The notes beneath the pieces were generated by a model. That model saw nothing but the letters and a program-made list of their open reading frames with translations. It was not told the DNA's origin and did no database searches. Positions 13,701 to 21,742 of a stretch of DNA of 64,000 nt are shown here, in pieces. The stretch is from a virus (taxonomy: Duplodnaviria > Caudoviricetes): IMG/VR virus record IMGVR_UViG_3300025389_000011. One strand, written 5' to 3'. The stretch's first letter is position 1. Each line of letters starts with the position of its first letter. Position numbers and translations under genes: made by a program.

Positions 13701-16700
13701 ACATTAGTGGTAACTTGACATCGGCTAATGCTAACTTAGGTAACGTTGCAACTGCAAACTACTTTGTTGGTACAATTGGTGCAACAACAGGTGCACAACC
13801 TAACATTACAAGCGTTGGTACATTAACAAGTTTGGGTGTAAGTGGTACAATCACAGCAGCCAACATCACAGCAAATACAGGTGTGTTTACTGGTAATGGT
13901 GCAAACTTAACTAACTTAACCGGTGCTAACGTAACAGGTCAAGTAGGCAACGCATTAGTTGCTGGTACAGTATATACTGCGGCACAACCCGCAATTACAA
14001 GTGTTGGTACACTAACAAGTTTAGCAGTAACAGGTAACGTAACAGCAGGTAATGCTAACGTAACCGGTCAGTTGATTTCAACTGTAGCAACAGGTACTGC
14101 ACCATTAGTAGTAACAAGCACAACACAAATTGCTAACGCAAACGTAGCAACTGCTGGTAATTTAGTAAACGGCAACAGTAACGTTGTTGTAACAGGTAAT
14201 GGTAACATTACATTTGCTTCAGCAGGTAATGCGGCAATATTTACTGTAACAGGTACAGGCGCAAATATTTCAGGTACTGCTAACGTAAGTGGTAACGCTA
14301 ACGTTGGTAATTTAGGTACAGCTACAATAATTGCTACAACAGGTAATATCACAACAATTAACAGTGGTTTATTACAGAACGGTAATAGTAACGTAACTAT
14401 TACTGCGAACGGTAATATTGGTCACTATGTAACTGGTAACACAACAAGCCAATTAACAATCACAGCAACTGGTGCAAATATTGCAGGTACAGCTAATATT
14501 GTTGGTAATGCTAACGTTGGTAACTTAGGATTTGGTAGCGGTGTAATCACTGGTACAGGTAACATCACAGCAGGTAATATCATTGGTATTATCGCAGCCG
14601 GCTCAAACACAATTACTACAACAGGTAATGCTAACGTTGGTAACTTAGGTTTTGGATCAGGTATAATCACTGGTACAGGTAACATAACTGCTGGTAACAT
14701 CATTGGTATTATTGCGGCAGGTAGCAATACTATTACAACTACCGGTAATGCTAACGTAGGTAATTTAGGTACAACTGGTTTAATTGCTAGCGGTAACATT
14801 CAAAGTAATAATACAGTACTTGCAAATGCAATCAACAGTATTTCAACATCTGGCTTTACAGTAAATGCAGTTGGTACTAACTCAAACATCAACCTAGTAA
14901 CAAATGGTACTGGTAACGTTATATTAAGCAACACATACATTAACAACGTAGCTACTCCGCTTAATTTAACTGATGCGGCAACAAAGGGTTATGTTGATTC
15001 AGTCGCACAAGGTTTAAGTATCAAACAATCAGTAGTGGCGGCAACAACTACTGATTTAGGTACAGTTACATATAATAATGGTACAAGTGGTGTTGGTGCT
15101 ACATTAACTAACGCAGGTACACAAGCCGCATTTGTAATTGACGGTGTAACAGTTCCTGTAACTAGTCGTGTATTGATTAAAAACGAAAGCAATGCGGCAT
15201 ACAATGGTATCTATGTTGTAACAACAGCAGGTAGTGGTTCAAGTAACTGGGTACTAACACGTACTAATGACTTTAATACAAGTGCTGAGATTGTAGGTGG
15301 ATTTACATTTGTTGAACAAGGTACAATTAATGCTGACACTGGTTGGGTAAATACAAATACAGGTACAGTAACTGTCGGTACTACGAATATTACATTCACC
15401 CAGTTCTCAGGTGCAGGTACATACACAGCAGGTACTGGTTTAACACTAACTGGCACACAGTTTAGTATTACTAGTACAGCAGTTACATCAGGTACATATG
15501 GTAACGGTGACCGCGTAGCAACATTCACAGTTAACAGTCAGGGTCAATTGACTGCGGCAAGTAACACAGCAATTACAGCTAATGCGGCTAACCTAACAGG
15601 TACAACATTAAATTCAAGTATTGTAACATCTAGCTTGACAAGTGTTGGCACGTTGGGTTCATTGTCTGTAACAGGTAACATTGGTGCAGGTAACGTTAAT
15701 GCGGCACTATTTGGTGCTCATAATGGTACAGTTGGTGCAACAACAGCAAACACTGGTGCATTCACAACAATTAGTGCAAGTGGTCAAATTACAAGTACAG
15801 TTGCAACAGGTACTGCACCGTTCGCTGTATCAAGTACAACTCAAGTTGCTAACTTGAACTCGCAATATGCAGGTACAGCTAACACAGTTGCCGGCGCAAA
15901 CGTGACCGGTACTGTATCTTTAGCAAATAATGCAAGTTACTTACAAGGTTATCAAACAGCTAGTCCGGCAACTGCAACTACTATTGCATTAAGAGATTCT
16001 AGTGGTAACTTATATGCTAACTATGTATATGGTAATGGTTCTACGTTATCAAGTATAACCGGCGCTAACGTAACGGGTGCAGTTGGTCTTGCTACATATG
16101 CAACAACAGCTAATGCAGTAGCAGGTGCTAACGTAAGTGGTGCAGTTGCTTTTGCAACAACAGCTAATGCAGTAGCAGGTGCTAACGTAAGTGGTGCAGT
16201 TGCTTTTGCAACAACAGCTAATGCAGTAGCAGGTGCTAACGTAAGTGGTGCAGTTGGTCTTGCTACATATGCAACAACAGCTAATGCAGTAGCAGGTGCT
16301 AACGTAACGGGTGCAGTTGGTCTTGCTACATATGCAACAACAGCTAATGCAGTAGCAGGTGCTAACGTAAGTGGTGCAGTTGCTTTTGCAACAACAGCAA
16401 ACGCGGTAGCGGCAGCTAATATTACTGGTAGTACTTTAGCAAGTGGTGTAACAGGATCAAGTTTAACAAGCGTTGGTACATTAGGTACATTAACTGTTAC
16501 TGGTAATATCTCATCAACTGCAAACATTGGTGGTACAGGTGCTACACATCTTGGTAACACATTCACTACTGGTTCAAACACAACAACAGGTGTATTTACT
16601 GGTAACTTCTCACTAAGTGCAGGTTCTAGATTGAATGCTACATACGCTGACTTGGCAGAGAAATATGTTAGTGATGCAGAATATGCTCCTGGTACAGTAT

Positions 16701-17017
16701 TAGTATTCGGTGGTGAACAAGAAGTTACACTAGCTAACACATTTGACAGTACACGTGTAGCAGGTGTAGTAACAACTAACCCAGCTTACACAATGAACAA
16801 TGATTGTCAAGGTGAACATGTTGTTAATGTTGCGCTACAAGGTCGCGTACCGGTATTAGTATCAGGTAATGTTGCTAAAGGTGACTTAATGGTTAGTGGT
16901 GCAAACGGTCGTGCAATAGCTAATAACGAAGCACGTGCAGGTACTATTATTGGTAAGGCATTGGCTAACTTCACTGGAACTGAAGGTACTATTGAAGTCG
17001 CTGTTGGTAGATTCTAA
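7706..17017 (+). CDS. Giant (3103 aa) tail fibre/spike-like protein with a C-terminal intramolecular-chaperone (peptidase G2/IMC-like) domain
   Basis: Beta-helix-like G-N-x-x-x-T repeats and two DAATKxYVD modules. The C-terminus YADLAEKY...PGTVLVFGG...NPAYTMN...VALQGRVPV...KGDLMVS...IIGKAL is typical of autocleaving chaperone domains. Confidence 0.85.
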   Translation: MSLILKQESDANAALPPAGKGTIYINTADQLSTKAANGAIQTFPTLGGADQQILINESNSIQGSANLTFDYGNANFKLTGNANITGNTTVNNITVTGNLTANGIAVTSINDGNSNVAITTPGSNVTISVNGTTNVAVFSNTGANLTGTTTVANLTVTGNLSANNISVTSIADGNSNVAIAPNANVTISAAGNANVLTVTGTGVNVAGTLNAGNTTIGNLTITGNLNANGLNVTGIADGNSNIAIAPNANITMGVAGYANVFTASSSGINVIGNITTTTDFITTGGFIQAANGLYSNGIYNGAYDDGIVVDYVTGNARLTAGSADGFLFRNGGTGGSTIASIDANGNVNATGKISATGNVSGGNVTTLGIVSATGNVSGGNLTTLGALSVGGNANVGNISATTVIASTGNILTVNGNTFQNGNSNITITANSNITHYVAGNTTPQLVLSSTGANIAGTANIVGTVTAGNLTVSGTSNLGPVGNLTLTGGSNGQVLTSNGSGGLSFVTISTSTLSNGNSNVVVNANNNVTISAVGNANVVTVTGTGANIVGTLAASGNLSGANLYIGTGTANVGNLTVTSTANIVGNANVGNLGFGSGLITGTGNISAGNANLTGALNVSGNANTGNLGTATLIATTGNITTVNSGLVKNGNSNITITGNSSMTVYIGGNSTPQFTVSAAGADIAGSASVGDLSTDGFVLANGNIISNNTVLANAINSISTSGFTVNAVGTNSNINLVTNGTGNVILTANTTINNVANPTNPQDAATKAYVDATAQGLSVKDSVVAATTVDLGTVTYNNGTSGVGATLTNAGTQAAFAIDGVTVAVGGRVLIKNETNSAYNGIYTVTTAGSGSSNWVLTRATDNNTSADIVGSFVFVEQGSTNSSTGWVNTNSGTITVGTTGITFTQFSGAGTYSAGTGLTLTGTVFSVSNTAVTAGSYGNGDRVATFTVNGQGQLTAASNTAITANAANLTGTTLNSSIVTSSLTQVGTLANLTVGNSTANTVFGNGTINASGNANVGNLGFGSGVITGTGNITGGNIIGTIAAGSNAITTTGNANVGNLGFGSGVITGTGNITAGNIIGTIAAGSNAITTTGNITGGNIIGTIAAGSNAITTTGNITAGNIYANTGNANIGNLTVNGTLTASSIAGLSTLADGNSNVTVGANSNVSISVAGTSNVLVVTSTGANITGTANVSGNANVGNLGTAGLIVATGNVTGGNLTTLGALSVGGNANVGNLGTTTLVATTGNITTINSGLIQNGNSNVTITGNGNITTTVAGNSSLVITGTGANVTGTLNITGNSQLTGNITANNANFTGTVNGVTFIPATLSITTSAGGNTTLTATSPGYILITGTTGYTINMPADASMQVGQGFTFNNNATGNVVIKNATGTSLYTIGSGGAATIDYVGGVEEWDFHPFLSTNMQAGNTWLQLGLTNTPSNLWVYGNIVANNSSNSGFIGNGVGLTSLTGANVTGQVANAATVANGNSNVSIASANGNVTIYAVGNSTVTITGTGANITGTANVSGNANVGNLGTAGLIVATGNVTGGNLTTAGVLSVTGNANVGNLGTAGIITATGNVTAGNLITGGYANITGNLTSGNANLGNLATANYLTGTLTTAAQPNITSVGTLSSLSVTGTVSAGNAQITSNLTVSNLTVTGNATISGNINQISGNSGQFFGNATTGFGALYAGVPTGYANIPQTVLQIAGNYNDYIDVNIQNINSGANASTDLSLTADNGNTNIYFIDMGITSSTYNGSGYGFGNVLNPNDGYVYVQGNIAANTHGNLVLATTTPNAIMKFVVGGGNTNNISMILYPANFTSTSNTTGAAVITGGLGVSGNIYGSNLIAANYFTGTLTTAAQPNITSVGTLANLTVGNSTANTVFGNGTINATGNANVGNLGFGSGVITGTGNVTAGGFYANTGNANIGNLTVNGTLSASSIAGISSIASGNSNVAIAPNANVTISAAGNANILTVTGTGANIAGTANITGNIYNGGNLLVTGIANISGNLTSANANLGNVATANYFVGTIGATTGAQPNITSVGTLTSLGVSGTITAANITANTGVFTGNGANLTNLTGANVTGQVGNALVAGTVYTAAQPAITSVGTLTSLAVTGNVTAGNANVTGQLISTVATGTAPLVVTSTTQIANANVATAGNLVNGNSNVVVTGNGNITFASAGNAAIFTVTGTGANISGTANVSGNANVGNLGTATIIATTGNITTINSGLLQNGNSNVTITANGNIGHYVTGNTTSQLTITATGANIAGTANIVGNANVGNLGFGSGVITGTGNITAGNIIGIIAAGSNTITTTGNANVGNLGFGSGIITGTGNITAGNIIGIIAAGSNTITTTGNANVGNLGTTGLIASGNIQSNNTVLANAINSISTSGFTVNAVGTNSNINLVTNGTGNVILSNTYINNVATPLNLTDAATKGYVDSVAQGLSIKQSVVAATTTDLGTVTYNNGTSGVGATLTNAGTQAAFVIDGVTVPVTSRVLIKNESNAAYNGIYVVTTAGSGSSNWVLTRTNDFNTSAEIVGGFTFVEQGTINADTGWVNTNTGTVTVGTTNITFTQFSGAGTYTAGTGLTLTGTQFSITSTAVTSGTYGNGDRVATFTVNSQGQLTAASNTAITANAANLTGTTLNSSIVTSSLTSVGTLGSLSVTGNIGAGNVNAALFGAHNGTVGATTANTGAFTTISASGQITSTVATGTAPFAVSSTTQVANLNSQYAGTANTVAGANVTGTVSLANNASYLQGYQTASPATATTIALRDSSGNLYANYVYGNGSTLSSITGANVTGAVGLATYATTANAVAGANVSGAVAFATTANAVAGANVSGAVAFATTANAVAGANVSGAVGLATYATTANAVAGANVTGAVGLATYATTANAVAGANVSGAVAFATTANAVAAANITGSTLASGVTGSSLTSVGTLGTLTVTGNISSTANIGGTGATHLGNTFTTGSNTTTGVFTGNFSLSAGSRLNATYADLAEKYVSDAEYAPGTVLVFGGEQEVTLANTFDSTRVAGVVTTNPAYTMNNDCQGEHVVNVALQGRVPVLVSGNVAKGDLMVSGANGRAIANNEARAGTIIGKALANFTGTEGTIEVAVGRF
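9818..15652 (+). repeat. Internal ~850-bp duplication in the giant gene (about 9818-10670 and 14804-15652)
   Basis: Both copies encode NNTVLANAINSISTSGFTVNAVGTNSNINLVTNGTGNVIL ... YGNGDRVATFTVNxQGQLTAASNTAITANAANLTGTTLNSSIVTSSLT. Confidence 0.9.
16100..16420 (+). repeat. In-frame tandem repeat of 54/63-bp units (ATTANAVAGANVSGAVAF / ...GAVGLATY)
   Basis: Units start at 16100, 16154, 16208, 16271, 16334 and 16388 (last one partial) and are nearly identical at DNA level. Confidence 0.95.
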
Positions 17018-17070
17018 AAATAAGTCACATTGTATTTTATTAAACATTTGTTAAAAATGATAAGTACAAT

Positions 17071-17517
17071 GTGATTAATGTTTTTCAATTAGAATACGAA
17101 ACAAGACTAAAGAGTTGGTACGAACTCAGGCAATCCCTCGAAAATAAAGATATTGCCACTAAGTGTTTAGCAATAGACAAATGGTGGCAGTATGCACCTT
17201 TGGTTAATTATTATTTGCACCCAGATGATATTGATAGTTGGCCTGGACCATGGGAATTGCTAAATGATAACAATTATTGCCAAATTGCCAGGGGTTTGGG
17301 TATGGTTTATACTTTGTTACTAGTGGGTATAAAAGACCTTGACTTTTGCCTAGCAAAAGACGATAATAACGAAGACTTTGCATTAGTCATGGTTGACAAC
17401 GCAAAATATGTGTTGAATTATTACCCAGATTCGGTTCTAAATAGTAATTCAACACAATTTAAGATAGACTATAAATTAGATATAGCCAAAATAACAAATA
17501 TAATAGGTGAAGCATGA
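17071..17517 (+). CDS. Hypothetical protein
   Basis: 148-aa ORF with GTG start after an ATAAGTA motif; overlaps the nrdA start. Confidence 0.7.
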   Translation: MINVFQLEYETRLKSWYELRQSLENKDIATKCLAIDKWWQYAPLVNYYLHPDDIDSWPGPWELLNDNNYCQIARGLGMVYTLLLVGIKDLDFCLAKDDNNEDFALVMVDNAKYVLNYYPDSVLNSNSTQFKIDYKLDIAKITNIIGEA

Positions 17518-19823
17518 TAAATGTAATTAAACGTAACGGGACAAAGGAACCATTAAATTTAGAGAAATGGCAAGCACAAGTAGCAAAAGTATGTAAAGGG
17601 ACAGCAGACGTAAGTCCTTCAATGGTAGAGATTAAAAGTCAATTACATTTTTATGACGGTATATCAACAAAACAAATCGATGAAATAACACTTAGGGCAA
17701 TCGTTGATTTAATAGACGTAGAGGCACACCCAGATATTGGTCACGTTAATTACCAATATGTCGCAGGAAAACAAAGAGTTAGCATGTTGCGTAAAGATGT
17801 TTACGGCGACTATCAACCTCCCCATATATACGAAATTGTTAAAAAGAATATAAGCATTGGATTATACACGAAAGAATTACTAGAATGGTATACTGAAGAT
17901 GATTGGAACAAAATGAATGACATGCTGGATCATTCAAAAGACGAAACATACAGTTATGCCGCCATTGAACAACTGATTGAAAAATATTTGGTACGTAATC
18001 GTAGTACAAAGGAAATATATGAAACACCGCAAATCAGATACATGGTTGCCGCCGCAACTGTTTTCCACAAGGAAGAACCAAACACAGCAAGAATGCGATA
18101 TATTAAAGAGTATTATAATTGCGCTAGTGATGGTCTTTTTACCCTCGCTACTCCTGTGTTGGCTGGTTTGGGTACTCCCACTAAGCAGTTTAGTAGCTGT
18201 GTACTCATTCGTAGTGATGACGACCTTGATAGTATCTTTGCTAGTGGAGAAATGATGGCAAAGTATGCCAGTAAACGTGCTGGCATTGGTTTAGAGATAG
18301 GAAGATTACGTCCACTGGGTTCACCAATCAGGGGCGGAGAAATCATGCACACCGGTATGATTCCTTTCTTAAAGAAATGGTTTGGTGATTTGCGTAGTTG
18401 CAGTCAAGGAGGTATTCGTAATGCAAGTGCTACTGTATTTTATCCCATTTGGCACCATCAGTTTGATGACCTTATTGTTCTTAAGAACAACCAGGGTACA
18501 GAGGAAACAAGAGTTAGACACATGGACTACGGAGTTGTCCTTAGCAAGTTCTTTTGGAAAAGGTTTAAGAATAAAGAAGATATCACATTCTTTGATCCGA
18601 ACCAAGTACCCGACTTATATGAAGCCTTTTATCGTGACACAGCGTTATTTGAAGAACTCTATGTAAAATACGAAAACGATAGTAATATACGCAAAAAAAC
18701 AATGAATGCAGAAGATGTATTCAAAAGTGGAATATTAAAAGAAAGAACAGATACTGGTCGTATCTACCTTGTGTTTATTGATAATGTAATGAATCAAGGA
18801 CCTTTTGACCCTGAATATCATGCCATTTATCAAAGTAATTTATGTTGCGAAATTCTTCTTCCTACTAAGCCTTTTAAGCGTTTGGATGACGATACTGGCC
18901 GTATTGCTCTTTGTACTCTTGGCAGTATTAATTGGGGTGCATTCCGCAATCCGGAAGACATGCGTAGGGCTTGTCGTATTCTTCAGCGTAGCTTATGTAA
19001 CATACTCGATTATCAAGATTTCTTATCTATTCAGTCCAAACTAAGTAATGACGAAATAAGCCCGTTAGGCATCGGTGTTACCAATCTTGCATATTGGCAT
19101 GCAAAGCGTAGCTATAAGTATGGAGAAAAAGAAGCACTACAAGAAGTTAAAACCTGGATGGAACATCAGGCATATTATTTGACAGAATCTACGGTTGAAT
19201 TGGCTAAAGAACGCGGTGCATGTTTAGATAGCGATAAAACACGTTATGGTCAAGGTATATTCCCTTGGGAACGCAGAGCAGAGGGTGTTAATGAATTAGC
19301 GGATTTTACTCCTGAATTAGATTGGGAAACATTGCGTACAAACATGAAACAGTATGGAGTGCGTAATGCTACATTAATGGCAATCGCACCTGTTGAAAGT
19401 AGTAGTGTAGTTATTAACAGCACAAATGGTATTGAATTACCTATGAGTTTAATTAGTGTTAAAGAAAGTAAAGCAGGGTCATTAACACAAGTTGTTCCTG
19501 ATTACGCTAAACTTAAAAACAAATACCAATTGATGTGGGATCAACGTGATTGTGAGAGTTATTTGAAAACAGCCGCAGTACTCGCCGCATATGTAGACCA
19601 AAGCATTTCAACAAACACATTTTACAATCCTGCATACTTCCCCGATAGAAAAGTCCCAACTACACTAATTGCTAAAAACTTAATGCAATCACATATTTGG
19701 GGATTAAAAACGTTTTACTATAGCTTAATTAACAAACAAGGTAGTAAAGAAATATCAGAAGAAAAACCTTTAGAAGTAATAGATTTTGATAACGAAGAAG
19801 ATTGCGAGGCATGTAAATTATGA
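17514..19823 (+). CDS. nrdA: Ribonucleotide reductase class Ia alpha subunit
   Basis: N-terminal ATP cone (VIKRNG), FSSCVLI, SNLCCEI with the radical cysteine, TYY-like TFYY, C-terminal CEAC. Confidence 0.97.
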   Translation: MINVIKRNGTKEPLNLEKWQAQVAKVCKGTADVSPSMVEIKSQLHFYDGISTKQIDEITLRAIVDLIDVEAHPDIGHVNYQYVAGKQRVSMLRKDVYGDYQPPHIYEIVKKNISIGLYTKELLEWYTEDDWNKMNDMLDHSKDETYSYAAIEQLIEKYLVRNRSTKEIYETPQIRYMVAAATVFHKEEPNTARMRYIKEYYNCASDGLFTLATPVLAGLGTPTKQFSSCVLIRSDDDLDSIFASGEMMAKYASKRAGIGLEIGRLRPLGSPIRGGEIMHTGMIPFLKKWFGDLRSCSQGGIRNASATVFYPIWHHQFDDLIVLKNNQGTEETRVRHMDYGVVLSKFFWKRFKNKEDITFFDPNQVPDLYEAFYRDTALFEELYVKYENDSNIRKKTMNAEDVFKSGILKERTDTGRIYLVFIDNVMNQGPFDPEYHAIYQSNLCCEILLPTKPFKRLDDDTGRIALCTLGSINWGAFRNPEDMRRACRILQRSLCNILDYQDFLSIQSKLSNDEISPLGIGVTNLAYWHAKRSYKYGEKEALQEVKTWMEHQAYYLTESTVELAKERGACLDSDKTRYGQGIFPWERRAEGVNELADFTPELDWETLRTNMKQYGVRNATLMAIAPVESSSVVINSTNGIELPMSLISVKESKAGSLTQVVPDYAKLKNKYQLMWDQRDCESYLKTAAVLAAYVDQSISTNTFYNPAYFPDRKVPTTLIAKNLMQSHIWGLKTFYYSLINKQGSKEISEEKPLEVIDFDNEEDCEACKL

Positions 19824-20920
19824 GCAAACAACAATACAACTTAAGTACCAAAACAGATTATTTGAATAGGAAAATGTTTTTGGACCCAGAAGGTCCCGTA
19901 ACCATTCAAAGATTTGAAGAAGTAAAATACAACAAACTAGTAAAGATTGAACAAACAGCACGTGGCTTCTTTTGGGTCCCGGAAGAAATCAGTTTAACTA
20001 AAGATGCTAATGACTTTAAAGATGCCAGCACCACCGTTAAACATATTTTTACAAGTAATTTGTTACGCCAAACAGCATTAGATAGTTTACAAGGTCGTGG
20101 CCCAAGTCAAATATTTACACCTGTTGTAAGTATTCCTGAATTGGAAGCATTGATGTATAATTGGAGCTTTTTTGAAACAAATATACATAGTCGTAGCTAT
20201 AGCCACATTATTCGTAATATCTACAACGTACCTAAAGATGTGTTCAATACTATACACGATACGCAAGAAATCATTGGCATGGCTAGTAGTGTAGGTAACT
20301 ACTACGATGCACTACATGCAATTAACTGTCGCAAAGAGATAGGTGAAACTATCGTTGAACAAGACCATATCAAGGCAATTTGGTTGGCATTACACGCAAG
20401 TTATGCATTGGAAGCATTTAGATTCATGGTAAGTTTTGCTACAAGTCTAGCAATGGTTGAAAATCGTATCTTTATTGGTAATGGTAACATTATCAGTTTA
20501 ATCTTACAAGATGAACTATTACACAAAGAATGGACTGCTTGGATGATTAATCAAGTGGTTAAAGAAGACCCTCGCTTTGCACAAGCTAAAATAGAATGTG
20601 AAAGTGAAGTATATCAAATTTATACTGATGTAATACGTGAAGAAAAAGAATGGGCTGATTATCTATTCAAGTTTGGTCCTGTTATTGGATTAAACGCAAA
20701 TATTCTTAAAGACTTTGTTGATTTTACAGCCAAAGCCGCATTAAGTGATATTGGTATTAAATATCAATCACCTGCACCAAAATCAACACCTATCCCATGG
20801 TTCAACAAACATAGTGATACAAGCAAGAAACAAACAGCACTTCAAGAAAGTGAATCAACAAATTACGTCATTGGTGTAATGGGAGACTCATTAAACTATG
20901 ATGAATTACCAAACTTATAA
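19820..20920 (+). CDS. nrdB: Ribonucleotide reductase class Ia beta subunit
   Basis: FFWVPEEISL, ETNIHSRSY, DELLH and C-terminal QESESTNY motifs. Confidence 0.97.
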   Translation: MSKQQYNLSTKTDYLNRKMFLDPEGPVTIQRFEEVKYNKLVKIEQTARGFFWVPEEISLTKDANDFKDASTTVKHIFTSNLLRQTALDSLQGRGPSQIFTPVVSIPELEALMYNWSFFETNIHSRSYSHIIRNIYNVPKDVFNTIHDTQEIIGMASSVGNYYDALHAINCRKEIGETIVEQDHIKAIWLALHASYALEAFRFMVSFATSLAMVENRIFIGNGNIISLILQDELLHKEWTAWMINQVVKEDPRFAQAKIECESEVYQIYTDVIREEKEWADYLFKFGPVIGLNANILKDFVDFTAKAALSDIGIKYQSPAPKSTPIPWFNKHSDTSKKQTALQESESTNYVIGVMGDSLNYDELPNL

Positions 20921-20933
20921 AGGAAGAAAAATA

Positions 20934-21164
20934 ATGACAGCAGTAGTATGGAGTAAGTATAATTGTCCTTTCTGTGAACAGGCTAAAGCCTTGTTAAAAA
21001 GTAAAGGAATAGCTTTTGAAGAAAAGAAAATCGGTGATGGATACACTAAAGAAGAATTGTTAGAAGCAGTTCCTAATGCACGTACAGTACCGCAAATCTT
21101 TTTAGATGGCGAATTAATAGGTGGTTTTACAGAACTTAAACAAAAATTAACAGAGAGTAACTAA
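20934..21164 (+). CDS. grx: Glutaredoxin
   Basis: CPFC active site, TVPQIF, IGGF; next to nrdAB. Confidence 0.95.
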   Translation: MTAVVWSKYNCPFCEQAKALLKSKGIAFEEKKIGDGYTKEELLEAVPNARTVPQIFLDGELIGGFTELKQKLTESN

Positions 21165-21457
21165 TGGAAAACGGAAAAGTATACACATTCAAATTAAACA
21201 GTGGTGAAGAACTTATCGCTAAGATTGTTGACATCACACGTGATAATATTATTATCACAGAACCAGTAAGTATTGCACCAACACCGCAGGGAATGCAAAT
21301 GATTCCTAGCTTGTTTACTGCGGAACCTAAAGGAAATGTAACACTAAATACTAATAGTATTGCATTTCATGCCGACACAGAAGACGGCTTGAAAGACAAA
21401 TACTTAGAAGCAACAACAGGTATTAAAGTACCTAGCAAAAAAATAGTATTGGGATAA
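21164..21457 (+). CDS. Conserved T4-like phage hypothetical protein (possible Sm-like fold)
   Basis: KLNSGEELIAKI motif recalled from T4-like phage proteins. Confidence 0.6.
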   Translation: MENGKVYTFKLNSGEELIAKIVDITRDNIIITEPVSIAPTPQGMQMIPSLFTAEPKGNVTLNTNSIAFHADTEDGLKDKYLEATTGIKVPSKKIVLG

Positions 21458-21460
21458 TAT

Positions 21461-21742
21461 ATGTCAGGAGTAAGTAGGCAAGGTGATCAAAATGCACCAG
21501 CAGGCAAAATAATTCGTGGAGCCAGCACGGTGTTTGTAAACAACATTGCAGTTGGATTACATGTTAGTCAAATTACCTCACATGCTCCTTTTGGATCTCC
21601 CCATCCGCCCCATCAAGCGGCAATAACAACTGAAGGTAGTCCAACAGTATTTGCAGAAGGATCACCTATATTAAGAATAGGCTCAGGAGTATCTTGTGGT
21701 CATCCGATCATTCAGGGTAGTTCTGATGTATTTTGCCCATGA
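21461..21742 (+). CDS. PAAR-domain baseplate spike-tip protein
   Basis: SRQGD, GASTVFVNNI, H/C metal ligands (SCGH) and C-terminal GSSDVF. Confidence 0.9.
   Translation: MSGVSRQGDQNAPAGKIIRGASTVFVNNIAVGLHVSQITSHAPFGSPHPPHQAAITTEGSPTVFAEGSPILRIGSGVSCGHPIIQGSSDVFCP

Noticed and set aside
9818-15652. Diversity-generating retroelement TR/VR pair
   Set aside because: No reverse transcriptase in the window, and the differences between copies are not restricted to adenines.
16100-16420. CRISPR array
   Set aside because: The repeats are in-frame coding units without unique spacers, and there are no cas genes.
495-16740. Many minus-strand ORFs (MLPVxxLPxxTFALP-type) and short alternative-frame ORFs
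   Set aside because: They are antisense shadows of the repetitive plus-strand structural genes, with no RBS and a composition that mirrors the sense codons.
17514-20920. Introns or inteins in nrdA/nrdB
   Set aside because: Both ORFs are continuous and of normal class Ia length.
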